A DNA stretch of 64,000 nucleotides from Minisyncoccota bacterium. Lineage in GTDB: Bacteria; Patescibacteriota; Minisyncoccia; Phycocordibacterales; UBA9973. The position numbers were made by a program, and so were the translations under genes. The notes under the pieces are model-generated. The model saw only the letters and a program-made list of their open reading frames with translations, ran no database searches and was not told where the DNA came from. Every line of letters starts with the position of its first letter. Positions within the stretch are counted from its first letter, which is position 1. Where the stretch lies: NCBI GenBank assembly GCA_036517215.1, contig DATDXF010000016.1, positions 3,175-67,174 of the forward strand, written 5' to 3'. This document shows positions 55,489-63,734 of the stretch, piece by piece.

Positions 55489-55926
55489 CTACTTACAGTT
55501 GGGTACAGAATTCCAGCCGGCGTACCCAAGGCTTCCAACCACTATTTTGCACCAGCCGGGAACTGCATCTGTTTCGAGCTGCACAAGCATGGTATATCCT
55601 TTTGTTCTATCGGTATACCAATATCGATATCTATCACTTCTGGTGCGCGTCGGGTCTTCCGGAAGAGTTGCGATATACTTTGGCGTTAATCCGACTACTG
55701 CGTATACAAAAGAAGTAGTCGCAGAAGGGTACGTATTGTTGTCATTATAAAAGATTTCTGTTGCAGTGACGATTTGGCGCAATTCTACTAACCTTTTAGC
55801 ATCTCTAGCTTTTGCCCGCGCGGTATTTAAGCTTGCCATAACAACGCTAGCCAAAATGCCGATGATGGCAACGACTACCAAAAGTTCTATTAAGGTGAAT
55901 GCTCGGTTTGTTGATTTAATATCCAT
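55489..55926 (-). CDS. Type IV pilin (prepilin-type N-terminal cleavage/methylation domain)
   Basis: MDIKSTNRAFTLIELLVVVAIIGILASVV class III signal peptide; 145 aa. Confidence 0.8.
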   Translation of the reverse strand: MDIKSTNRAFTLIELLVVVAIIGILASVVMASLNTARAKARDAKRLVELRQIVTATEIFYNDNNTYPSATTSFVYAVVGLTPKYIATLPEDPTRTRSDRYRYWYTDRTKGYTMLVQLETDAVPGWCKIVVGSLGYAGWNSVPNCK

Positions 55927-55942
55927 TTATTATGATGGGATC

Positions 55943-56335
55943 TTAATTTATTTTATCAATTTCTAGTTCTGGCGGCGATTCGGTGCTGGGTCCGCTTTTT
56001 AAAAATATAAAAAGAGATACAACAATAGCCAGCACCACAAATCCCAAGAGCACATATTCCGCCTGCCTCTCTTCCTTGATCGCTCCACCGGACCATTTCG
56101 TAACTAATTGCACCATTTTCGGAGTAGCCGTTTCTTTATAATATTTTACCGCTCCATAACTTGGGGTTTCAAACTTCACGCCTTCCACTGCATGCTTTGG
56201 CTCAATAATATTACTTTGCTGAATGACTTTCCCGGGCTGCCCATTTGCCGAAGTATTCCCAAACTCTTCTAGCGCTTTCTTTATCTCTTCGTTTCCCTCT
56301 AGATTCAGATCGTCCATGGTAGTATTATACAACAT
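55943..56335 (-). CDS. Hypothetical protein with C-terminal TM anchor (start uncertain: ATG 56335 or 56317)
   Basis: Track start at 56350 is TTG abutting a terminator; TGtTATAAT-like -10 just upstream of ATG 56317. Confidence 0.4.
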   Translation of the reverse strand: MLYNTTMDDLNLEGNEEIKKALEEFGNTSANGQPGKVIQQSNIIEPKHAVEGVKFETPSYGAVKYYKETATPKMVQLVTKWSGGAIKEERQAEYVLLGFVVLAIVVSLFIFLKSGPSTESPPELEIDKIN

Positions 56336-56350
56336 TTTAAAATATATCAA

Positions 56351-56380
56351 AAAAACAAAAAATCCCCCGCCAGAGGCGGG
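56351..56380 (-). terminator. Rho-independent terminator (CCCGCC-TCTG-GCGGG + T-run on minus strand)
   Basis: Downstream of AbrB-like gene. Confidence 0.6.
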
Positions 56381-56413
56381 CAGGCCTCTACGGGGAACTT
56401 TGGGAGGAATTTT

Positions 56414-56596
56414 TTACTTCTTCTTTTTAGTCTTCGCGTCAATAATAGAGACACCGCGAGCAACACGCTTTACCAGAACTCTTTGCTTCTCCCGCCAGCC
56501 GAGAGAGCGCATGATTTCAGCCGGAATTACTATTGAAAAAGATTTTGCTCTGCCGACTCTTGTTATTTTTCTAATTGAATTTATTGGTCTTGCCAT
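56414..56596 (-). CDS. SpoVT/AbrB/MazE-like swapped-hairpin DNA-binding protein
   Basis: 60 aa; ITRVGRAKSFSIVIPAEIMRSLGWREKQRVLVKRV. Confidence 0.55.
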   Translation of the reverse strand: MARPINSIRKITRVGRAKSFSIVIPAEIMRSLGWREKQRVLVKRVARGVSIIDAKTKKKK

Positions 56597-56623
56597 ACTT
56601 TAACTGATGAGTTAACTCAGTAA

Positions 56624-57022
56624 TTAATTTCTTGTTTTTAATTCTATTTCCTCTTTTTGTAAATCAAATTTAACAATAAAATTTTCAAAAAATCCTTTTT
56701 GCCCGACGAGGCCATATGGCATTACTCTGCCGGCAACATCAGGCATAAAACCTACTTCAGCTTTATGCGTCCACCCTCCTACTTCAATTTCAATACTATG
56801 CAAATAGTATAAAGAGACTTTTCCTCCAACTCCAAATACCTCACGGGGTTTACCTTTAGAAATATCAAGACCGAGCGCTTCACCAACTTCTGAATGAAAA
56901 AGACAAATATCGGCCCCTGAATCAACCAGGGCCTCATAAAGAAGAGATCTGTGATTTGATTTTAATTTAATCTCTATAACAGGTCGTAGCGCTAAACCGT
57001 ATTTCTGATAGTTGAATTTCAT
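56624..57022 (-). CDS. Retropepsin-like aspartic peptidase (clan AA)
   Basis: 132 aa; LVDSGAD catalytic motif (D-S-G-A). Confidence 0.6.
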   Translation of the reverse strand: MKFNYQKYGLALRPVIEIKLKSNHRSLLYEALVDSGADICLFHSEVGEALGLDISKGKPREVFGVGGKVSLYYLHSIEIEVGGWTHKAEVGFMPDVAGRVMPYGLVGQKGFFENFIVKFDLQKEEIELKTRN

Positions 57023-57213
57023 AGAGCCCCAACATAAGCATCTAAGGTTTTTGGCATTCGGCTAAAAATAGGGGAATTATACCCTTTTTTAAAAGCTTGG
57101 TTCATGGCTTCTTTGAGAGTTTTTCCACTTCCCACCACAGTATCTCTGTCATCAGCAAGTGCTACCCAAAGACCTTTATATTTATTGAACATTTTCGTTC
57201 GATCTTTCACCAT
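57019..57213 (-). CDS. Small hypothetical protein (DUF5678-like pattern), translationally coupled to the protease
   Basis: 64 aa; KYKGLWVAL...GKTLKEAMNQAFKKGY; ATGA overlap with downstream ORF. Confidence 0.45.
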   Translation of the reverse strand: MVKDRTKMFNKYKGLWVALADDRDTVVGSGKTLKEAMNQAFKKGYNSPIFSRMPKTLDAYVGAL

Positions 57214-57250
57214 ATTTTAATTATAGCAAACAAATAGTAGAAAGCAAAAA

Positions 57251-57832
57251 CTACTTCTTCTTACTGTCTTCTTCTGTCTTGAAAGGCACCCCTAAGAGCT
57301 CAAAAAATGCTGTTCCTTCTTTGATATTTTTGGCGGTAGAAACCAGAGTAACAGACATCCCGAAAATATCTCGGATATCTTCATCGGCTGTTTCAGGAAA
57401 AATGGTGTGCTCTTTTATGCCTATCGTCAGGTTTCCTATGTTGTCCACCGCCTTGCGGGAAATTCCACGGAAGTCTTTGGTGCGGGGTAAAGCGACATTT
57501 ATAAGTTTTTCAAGGAAGGCGAACATTCTTTTCCCTCGGAGTGTTACGGAAACTCCCACCGGGTCGCCTTGACGAATCTTGAAAGAAGAAATTGACTGCT
57601 TGGCTCCGCGCAGAGTCGTCTTTTGCCCGGTTATTTTTGCGAGCCTGTCGGCAACAGCGTCATTTTTATTTTTGTCTTTCTTTATCATTGTGCCGGTGCC
57701 GACATTGATAACAACCTTTACCATCTTGGGCGCTGCCATTTTGTTCTTATACCCGAAGACACTTTTTAATCTCTCAAAAGCTTCTCCTTCTTTTTCTCTG
57801 ACTGTTAAATTTTCCGTTAAATGTTTTGTCAT
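57251..57832 (-). CDS. rplE: 50S ribosomal protein L5
   Basis: 193 aa. Confidence 0.9.
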   Translation of the reverse strand: MTKHLTENLTVREKEGEAFERLKSVFGYKNKMAAPKMVKVVINVGTGTMIKKDKNKNDAVADRLAKITGQKTTLRGAKQSISSFKIRQGDPVGVSVTLRGKRMFAFLEKLINVALPRTKDFRGISRKAVDNIGNLTIGIKEHTIFPETADEDIRDIFGMSVTLVSTAKNIKEGTAFFELLGVPFKTEEDSKKK

Positions 57833-57842
57833 ATGTTTTTAT

Positions 57843-58064
57843 TTACTTATCTGCTTTTTTGGCGTTTGAAGCGTTTATAGGCATGGCAATACTTATCATG
57901 GAGCCCTTTTCCCCGGACTTTCTAGGCCTCTGGTGCTTCTTCATCATGTTCAAGCCTTCCACGACAATTTTGTTTTCTTTGGGTAAAACACGGATAATTT
58001 TACCTTTTTTACCCTTATCTTTGCCTGCTATCAATATTACGTTGTCATTTTTTTTTAATTTCAT
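57843..58064 (-). CDS. rplX: 50S ribosomal protein L24
   Basis: 73 aa KOW motif. Confidence 0.85.
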   Translation of the reverse strand: MKLKKNDNVILIAGKDKGKKGKIIRVLPKENKIVVEGLNMMKKHQRPRKSGEKGSMISIAMPINASNAKKADK

Positions 58065-58077
58065 AACTTTATACTAA

Positions 58078-58449
58078 TTAAATCACCTCCTGTGCCAAGG
58101 AAATTATCTTTTGAAATCCCTTCTCGGCTAATTCCCTTGGTATTGGCCCGAATACACGGCCAGCCTTCGGGTCTTTTTTGCCTTTTTCCAGGATAACCAC
58201 GGCGTTATCGTCAAAACGAATATATGAACCGTCTTTTCGTCTGTAGGCGCCTCTCGTGCGCACGACGACAGCCTGATGTACGTCTTTCTTCTTGACTCCT
58301 TTGCGGGGGCTTGCAACTTTAACCGAAATAATAACCAGTTCGCCTAAGGTCGCATATCTCTTTTTGGAAGAGCCTAAAATCTTGAACACCTTTCCTACGG
58401 TGCCTCCGGCGTTGTCTGTTATTTTTACCAATGTTTCGTTTTGTATCAT
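58078..58449 (-). CDS. rplN: 50S ribosomal protein L14
   Basis: 123 aa. Confidence 0.9.
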   Translation of the reverse strand: MIQNETLVKITDNAGGTVGKVFKILGSSKKRYATLGELVIISVKVASPRKGVKKKDVHQAVVVRTRGAYRRKDGSYIRFDDNAVVILEKGKKDPKAGRVFGPIPRELAEKGFQKIISLAQEVI

Positions 58450-58540
58450 GATTAATTTTACTGAGCGAAGCGATTATAAAATAATCACCCTGTTAAATCC
58501 GCTTCGCGGCGCCCTTTGGGCGATTTAACAGGGTCGGGTC

Positions 58541-58837
58541 TCAGACGACCCGAAACCTTTTGTCTTTGGAAATCGGCCTGGTTTCCACTATTTCTACTTG
58601 GTCGCCAACTTTATATTTATTTTCCTCGTCGTGCACCTTGTATTTTTTGCTGACTTTGTAAAATTTTCCATATAGAGGATGTTTGATGAAACGGGAAACC
58701 GATACCACAATAGTCTTGTCCATCTTATCGGAAACAACCACGCCCTTTAAAACGTTCCCTTGCCTACCGGTAGGCAGGCCTTTGTTTTCCTTATTTCCTG
58801 CCTGCGCAGGCAGGTCTTGTGCCTTTTTTGTTGTCAT
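58541..58837 (-). CDS. rpsQ: 30S ribosomal protein S17 (with ~27-aa N-terminal extension encoded by two GC palindromes)
   Basis: Core [14 protein letters not shown]...; extension LPAQAGN / LPTGRQGN encoded by CCTGCCTGCGCAGGCAGG and TGCCTACCGGTAGGCAGG. Confidence 0.85.
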   Translation of the reverse strand: MTTKKAQDLPAQAGNKENKGLPTGRQGNVLKGVVVSDKMDKTIVVSVSRFIKHPLYGKFYKVSKKYKVHDEENKYKVGDQVEIVETRPISKDKRFRVV

Positions 58838-58846
58838 ATATTTATC

Positions 58847-59038
58847 TTACTTAGATTTCATTTGGGTTAAAACTCTTGCAATCTGTTTCTTTAGGCTGCC
58901 CAGTTCTTTTACGTTCTTGGACCTGGACCCCTCGGCTTTAAAATTAATCAAGCGTACTTCTTCGCGTAAAGCCGTGAGCTTCTTTACAAGCTCCCCTTCT
59001 TTCATATCTTTTAAATGATCTTTCTTTGTTTTAGCCAT
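58847..59038 (-). CDS. rpmC: 50S ribosomal protein L29
   Basis: 63 aa. Confidence 0.85.
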   Translation of the reverse strand: MAKTKKDHLKDMKEGELVKKLTALREEVRLINFKAEGSRSKNVKELGSLKKQIARVLTQMKSK

Positions 59039-59043
59039 AAATT

Positions 59044-59472
59044 TTACTGCTTATGCGCGCGACTGACAATTCTGGTTTTAATTGGCAGCTTGCTGCCGGC
59101 TTTTCGAAGCGCTTCGTGCGCCACTTTCTCTTCGGCTCCGTCCACTTCAAAAATAATGCGTCCGGGCAAGACATCAAAACAATATCCCTGCGGGTCTCCT
59201 TTTCCCTTTCCCATGCCCACCTCCGCGGCTTTTGCGGTAAAAGGCCTGTCGGGGAAAATACGCACCCAATACTTTCCTGTCTTTGTAAGCGTTCGGGAAA
59301 TTACTTTTCGGGCTGACTCGATTTGGGTAGACTTTACCCTTGCTTGTGTTTCGGACTTGAGACCGAAAGAGCCGAAGGCTAGCTTTATGCCGCGCGTGTC
59401 CGCAGAGCGGGATTTCGGGTTGCTCCTACCTGTCTGCCATTTTCTAAATTTTACTTTTTTTGGTATCAACAT
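59044..59472 (-). CDS. rplP: 50S ribosomal protein L16
   Basis: 142 aa. Confidence 0.9.
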   Translation of the reverse strand: MLIPKKVKFRKWQTGRSNPKSRSADTRGIKLAFGSFGLKSETQARVKSTQIESARKVISRTLTKTGKYWVRIFPDRPFTAKAAEVGMGKGKGDPQGYCFDVLPGRIIFEVDGAEEKVAHEALRKAGSKLPIKTRIVSRAHKQ

Positions 59473-59478
59473 AAAAAT

Positions 59479-60204
59479 TTAATCTGTTTTCAGGTTATTT
59501 TCTTTCTCGCTTTTTGGAGAAGTGGAATAGGCAGTTTTGGCAGACTTCTTGTCCGCAAAAATTTTGCCCCGGTATATCCAGACCTTGATGCCGATGGTTC
59601 CGTAAGACAGAATAGCGCGCTCTCGCTTAAAATCTACGTCCGCGCGGAAAGTCTGAAGCGGTATACTTCCTCTCTTTAGCTCTTCCGTACGGGCAATTTC
59701 AGCTCCGCCAAGGCGCCCTCCGAGCACGACTCTCGCTCCTTCTACGCCATGAGCCTGCATTACCTTTTCAATGATTTGCTTGATAACCCTTCGGTACGGC
59801 ATCCTTTTTTCCAGGCCTTCGGCTATCATGTAAGCCACAATGGCCGCGTCCGCTTCCGGGTTCGTAACTTCCATAATTTCCAGTTTGAAATCTTCCGGGC
59901 GCGGAAGCTTCAGACTATCCATCTTTTTCAAAATGTCTTCTTTTAGCTTGGTAGCTCCTTCTCCGGACCTCCCTATTATCAGACCCGGACGGGAAGTTTT
60001 TATAATAAAGCGGGTAGCTTTCCGGCTACGCTCGATTTCAATCGTTGAAACATACATACCCCGTAGCTTTTTTTCCAAATATTGTCGTATCAAAACATCC
60101 CCTTTCAGGTAGGTTACATACTTTTTAGGGTCGGCAAACCAGCGGGACTTCCAGTCTCTTAGTATTATCAATCTATGCGCATATGGGTGTACGATTTTAC
60201 TCAT
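59479..60204 (-). CDS. rpsC: 30S ribosomal protein S3
   Basis: 241 aa, KH domain. Confidence 0.9.
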   Translation of the reverse strand: MSKIVHPYAHRLIILRDWKSRWFADPKKYVTYLKGDVLIRQYLEKKLRGMYVSTIEIERSRKATRFIIKTSRPGLIIGRSGEGATKLKEDILKKMDSLKLPRPEDFKLEIMEVTNPEADAAIVAYMIAEGLEKRMPYRRVIKQIIEKVMQAHGVEGARVVLGGRLGGAEIARTEELKRGSIPLQTFRADVDFKRERAILSYGTIGIKVWIYRGKIFADKKSAKTAYSTSPKSEKENNLKTD

Positions 60205-60205
60205 T

Positions 60206-60604
60206 TTATTTCTTTGGTGATTTTGTTTTTGGTAAAGTTGCTACCTTTGACTTTCTACCTCTTCGGCGGATCGCCGGCGAGGCGATTTCCGCTAAAAGTA
60301 TATTAATGTGGCTGGTGCGCTTGTTTATCCTGTGCCCTGTGCCCATGGCAGCCGGCATCATTCTTTTCATTACTATCCCTTTGTCCACGCGCAATTCCTT
60401 GATCATCAGATTTTCCGCATCTATCCCCATTTGTTTTGCATTCGCAACAGCGGACAAAAGAAGCTTCTTTAAAGGCAGCCCGGCGCGCTTTGCCAGGAAA
60501 TCAAGTTCCGCTATAGCTTCCGCCACGCTCTTCCCTTTTATCAATCCCGCAACCAGGCGGACTTTTCTCGGCGATTGTCTGTAATTTTTTAAAAATGCTT
60601 TCAT
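60206..60604 (-). CDS. rplV: 50S ribosomal protein L22
   Basis: 132 aa. Confidence 0.9.
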   Translation of the reverse strand: MKAFLKNYRQSPRKVRLVAGLIKGKSVAEAIAELDFLAKRAGLPLKKLLLSAVANAKQMGIDAENLMIKELRVDKGIVMKRMMPAAMGTGHRINKRTSHINILLAEIASPAIRRRGRKSKVATLPKTKSPKK

Positions 60605-60632
60605 AATAATTATTTATAGTGAGCTTGTCGAA

Positions 60633-60980
60633 CTATTTCTTTTTCGCGTCATCGGCAGCCGCGGTCGCGGACTTAGCCTGGGCTATTTCGGCTTCTTTCT
60701 TCTTCATTTCAAGCTCTTTCTGCATCTTTCCTCCGTGCTTCATAAATTTCTTCGTTGGAGAAAATTCGCCAAGTCTGTGACCTACCATGTCTTCGGTAAC
60801 CAGAACCTCTACGTGCGTCTTGCCGTTATAAACTCCAAAAGTAAAACCGAGCATCTCCGGGGATATCATGCAGGCCCTTTTCCATGTTTTGACCATCGGG
60901 GTCTGGAGCGGGTTAAGGCCCTCAATCTTTTTTAAGAGCCTTTCGTCAATATTCAGTCCTTTTTTGATACTTCTAGTCAT
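60633..60980 (-). CDS. rpsS: 30S ribosomal protein S19 (Lys/Ala-rich C-terminal extension)
   Basis: Start at MTRSIKKG; track start at 61016 adds 12 non-conserved residues. Confidence 0.85.
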   Translation of the reverse strand: MTRSIKKGLNIDERLLKKIEGLNPLQTPMVKTWKRACMISPEMLGFTFGVYNGKTHVEVLVTEDMVGHRLGEFSPTKKFMKHGGKMQKELEMKKKEAEIAQAKSATAAADDAKKK

Positions 60981-61077
60981 GGTTATTTTCTCTCGTATAA
61001 ACAAAACGGCTCTCATTTGAGCCTTAAATCATACTAACAAATTCAGGAAATAAGTCAAATAAAAGAAATAAAAGGAG

Positions 61078-61442
61078 AACGGAGGGCCGTCGCGTCGCGA
61101 AGGCCCTCCATTGGGGACTGGTTCATAGAACCGGTCCGGGGATGATTGGGCGTAGAAGCCCAGTGGGATGGGTGGAGAATCACTTACTGCGCCGTCCTTG
61201 CGCTATTCGGTGTCCTCCGGCGGGAAGGGTTCAACGGATGTTCTCGGACCCCGACGTCCAGGTCAGTAACTGATCCAACTGCCCGTCGAATGTAGGAACC
61301 CCCACCGACAGTTGTACGTCTTCTTTCGAATGTACAACCGAATTCTCTCTTCGTGGCGGGCGTTCCGGTTCCCTCTAGTGCTCATTGTGCATGGCTCCTT
61401 CTTTGGCGAGCTATCGCTATAGTCCTTCGCCTTCGTTAGGGA
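61078..61442. other. ~360-nt GC-rich (~57-68% GC), ORF-free, stem-loop-dense block between rpsS and rplB; candidate structured RNA
   Basis: Perfect hairpins GGAGGGCC-N13-GGCCCTCC, GACTGGTTC-ATA-GAACCGGTC, GGGC-GTAGAA-GCCC, GTTGTAC-N13-GTACAAC; no ORF >=60 aa in any frame. Confidence 0.4.
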
Positions 61443-61572
61443 TTATATCATACATATTAAAAAAGTCAATGTCAAGATGTTGATAAATCTTGTAAAAATA
61501 AAAAAAATCCCTCCGTGGGAACTTGTGAATCCTGTGTATTAAAAATTAATTTTTAGGACTACAAAGTGAAAA

Positions 61573-61588
61573 GGCGTCGATTGACGCC
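61573..61588 (-). terminator. Rho-independent terminator GGCGTC-AATC-GACGCC + TTTTCACTTT (minus strand)
   Basis: 26 nt after stop of the 39-aa ORF. Confidence 0.6.
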
Positions 61589-61614
61589 TTCGGTGGATGG
61601 AGAGAAAAGCTATG

Positions 61615-61734
61615 CTACTTCTTGAAAACCCGGCCGTTGTACGACTTGCGTGGCGGCGGAGCCTTTACCTTGACGGCGTTGGCGACGTTTTTCGAGTTAG
61701 CTTTCTGCTCCCGAATCAGTTCTCGAAGTGCCAT
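61615..61734 (-). CDS. Candidate small protein (39 aa: MALRELIREQKANSKNVANAVKVKAPPPRKSYNGRVFKK)
   Basis: GGAGAATGTACATC-ATG Shine-Dalgarno, followed by terminator; below the ORF-track length cutoff; inside the rplB-rpsS spacer. Confidence 0.4.
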   Translation of the reverse strand: MALRELIREQKANSKNVANAVKVKAPPPRKSYNGRVFKK

Positions 61735-61803
61735 GATGTACATTCTCCTCACAAATATTATAACATTTTTAAAGAAAAAAGCAACAAAAAATCCCTGTAA
61801 CGA

Positions 61804-61843
61804 GAAAGGCCCGGCCTTCGTAAATACGAAGGCCGGGCCTTTC
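61804..61843. terminator. Perfect 17-bp GC hairpin GAAAGGCCCGGCCTTCG-TAAATA-CGAAGGCCGGGCCTTTC with flanking A/T runs (bidirectional)
   Basis: 10 nt after rplB stop. Confidence 0.7.
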
Positions 61844-61852
61844 TTTATTTTC

Positions 61853-62692
61853 TTATTTATTCTTTCCGGTCTTTCGGCGGGAAACTATAAAGACGTTTGA
61901 GTATTTCTTCGGCCCGCGGGTCTTCCTGCCTCCGGTAACTTTACCCCACATGGTTTTTGGCCTCTTGGTTCCTCGTCCTTGTCTGCCTTCACCTCCTCCG
62001 TATGGATGGTCTACCGGGTTCATCGCCGTTCCGCGGACAGTAGGTCGTATCCCCTTCCACCTGGAGCGTCCCGCTTTTCCGTAATTTTCCAAATGATGTT
62101 CTTCGTTAGAAACAGTACCCACGCACGCGTAACACTCTTCGTTTATTTTTCGAACTTCTGTGGAAGGCATTTTTATGTTTGTGTACCCATCCGCGTTTGC
62201 CACGACTTGCGCGAATATTCCCGCGCTGCGGCCTATCTTTGCTCCGCCCATGGGCTTTATCTCAATGTTGTAAACAAAAGTTCCTACCGGAATGTTTTTA
62301 AGAGGGAGTCTGTTGCCTGCGGTCAAGGGAGCTTTCGGGGAAACAATAAAAGAATCACCGGCCTTTACGGATTTGGGCAAAACAACGTATCTCTTTTCTC
62401 CGTCGCGGTAAACAGCAAGCCCGATAAAAGCCGAGCGGTTCGGGTCGTATTCAATAGATTTTATTTTTGCGGGAATTTCTTTTTTGTCATACAGGAAATC
62501 AACATCCCGGTACAAGCGCTTGTGTCCTGCCCCTTTGTGGCGCATGGTAATGCGTCCCTGGCTGTTTCGTCCTACCGAACGCCTGAATCCATAAGTGAGA
62601 GACTTGGTCGGAGTGGATGTGGTTAAAACTCCCCTGTAGCTCACATTGGTCATTTGTCTCCTTGATTTACTTGTAGGTTTATATGTTTTCAT
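61853..62692 (-). CDS. rplB: 50S ribosomal protein L2
   Basis: Start at MKTYKPTSKSRR; track GTG extension adds MGATCLTCEKQF; 1-nt discrepancy between track frame and displayed coordinates noted. Confidence 0.85.
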   Translation of the reverse strand: MKTYKPTSKSRRQMTNVSYRGVLTTSTPTKSLTYGFRRSVGRNSQGRITMRHKGAGHKRLYRDVDFLYDKKEIPAKIKSIEYDPNRSAFIGLAVYRDGEKRYVVLPKSVKAGDSFIVSPKAPLTAGNRLPLKNIPVGTFVYNIEIKPMGGAKIGRSAGIFAQVVANADGYTNIKMPSTEVRKINEECYACVGTVSNEEHHLENYGKAGRSRWKGIRPTVRGTAMNPVDHPYGGGEGRQGRGTKRPKTMWGKVTGGRKTRGPKKYSNVFIVSRRKTGKNK

Positions 62693-62744
62693 AAATTGCT
62701 TTTCACAAGTCAGACATGTGGCTCCCACATGTCTGACTTGTGAG

Positions 62745-63020
62745 TTAAACGAATTCTATCTTATCTCCTTTTTTTAGATATACTAATGCTTTTCTGCCGC
62801 CTCCCCGCACTCCTTCTTTGCTTCTGCTTTTCATGACTGTTTTCTTTGGAATAGGGAGGACATTTACTTTTACCGGTTTGACTTTATAAAGCGCAAATAT
62901 AGCCTTCTTTATTTCTGTTTTATTGGCGGATTGTGAAATATCAAAAGTATAAACGTTTTTTTCCGCTGAAAAAGAAGCTTTTTCGGTGACCCTCGGATTT
63001 TTAATAATTTGCGTGTTCAT
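62745..63020 (-). CDS. rplW: 50S ribosomal protein L23
   Basis: 91 aa. Confidence 0.85.
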   Translation of the reverse strand: MNTQIIKNPRVTEKASFSAEKNVYTFDISQSANKTEIKKAIFALYKVKPVKVNVLPIPKKTVMKSRSKEGVRGGGRKALVYLKKGDKIEFV

Positions 63021-63039
63021 AAAATAAAATTAGGCTCAA

Positions 63040-63720
63040 CTAGACTCTAGATTCTAAAAACTTAACTGCTTCAATGGGATTCTCTATCAAAAGATATTTA
63101 TGGTTCAGGACGTCCATCGGGTTCAGATTTTTGACGAATACGATTTGGAGCGTTGAAATATTCCTGAAGCTTTTTTCTGTTTTTTCGCTACGGTCGGAGA
63201 GAGCCATAAGGATTTTGGGGTTCTTGGTTTTTATGTTTTTGAAATTTCCGACTTTAACGAGGTTGTCCACGACTTCTGCAGCTTTCTTTGTTTTTATTTC
63301 TGCAGCAGTAAGACTATCGACAAAAAGTATCTCCTTGTCTTTAAGTTTTTTGGAGAGCACGGAAAACAAAGCCTGCGCTCGCATTTTCTTTGAAATTTTC
63401 CTTTTATAGTTCTTCTCTGCGAGCGGACCGTGGGTAACTCCTCCGCCAACCCAGATAGGCGAACGTGAAGACCCGTGACGGGCGCGGCCGGTTCCTTTTT
63501 GCTTCCATGGCTTCTTCCCTCCCCCGCGAACTTCTCCGCGTCCTTTCGTGTCGGCGGTTCCGGCGCGCTTGTTTGAGCGCATGGATTCTACAACCTGGTG
63601 CACCAAGTCTGCGCGCCATTTGGCGGCAAAAACTTTCGCCGGAAGATCAATACTCCCAGCTTCAGCCCCTTTTTGGCTGTATATTTTTGCCTGTATTTTA
63701 TTTTCGGTTTTTGCTTCCAT
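63040..63720 (-). CDS. rplD: 50S ribosomal protein L4
   Basis: 226 aa. Confidence 0.9.
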   Translation of the reverse strand: MEAKTENKIQAKIYSQKGAEAGSIDLPAKVFAAKWRADLVHQVVESMRSNKRAGTADTKGRGEVRGGGKKPWKQKGTGRARHGSSRSPIWVGGGVTHGPLAEKNYKRKISKKMRAQALFSVLSKKLKDKEILFVDSLTAAEIKTKKAAEVVDNLVKVGNFKNIKTKNPKILMALSDRSEKTEKSFRNISTLQIVFVKNLNPMDVLNHKYLLIENPIEAVKFLESRV

Positions 63721-63734
63721 ATATTTATCTCAAA

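Noticed and set aside
61078-61442. RNase P RNA, SRP RNA, 5S rRNA or 6S RNA in the GC-rich block
   Set aside because: Conserved cores (P4 AGUCCGG/CCGGCUUA, SRP GGAAGCAGCC, the 5S loop consensus) are not present on either strand. Identity left open.
61597-61900. Plus-strand ORFs 61597..61800 and 61622..61900
   Set aside because: They overlap the terminator hairpins and the better-supported minus-strand 39-aa ORF. No RBS, low-complexity products.
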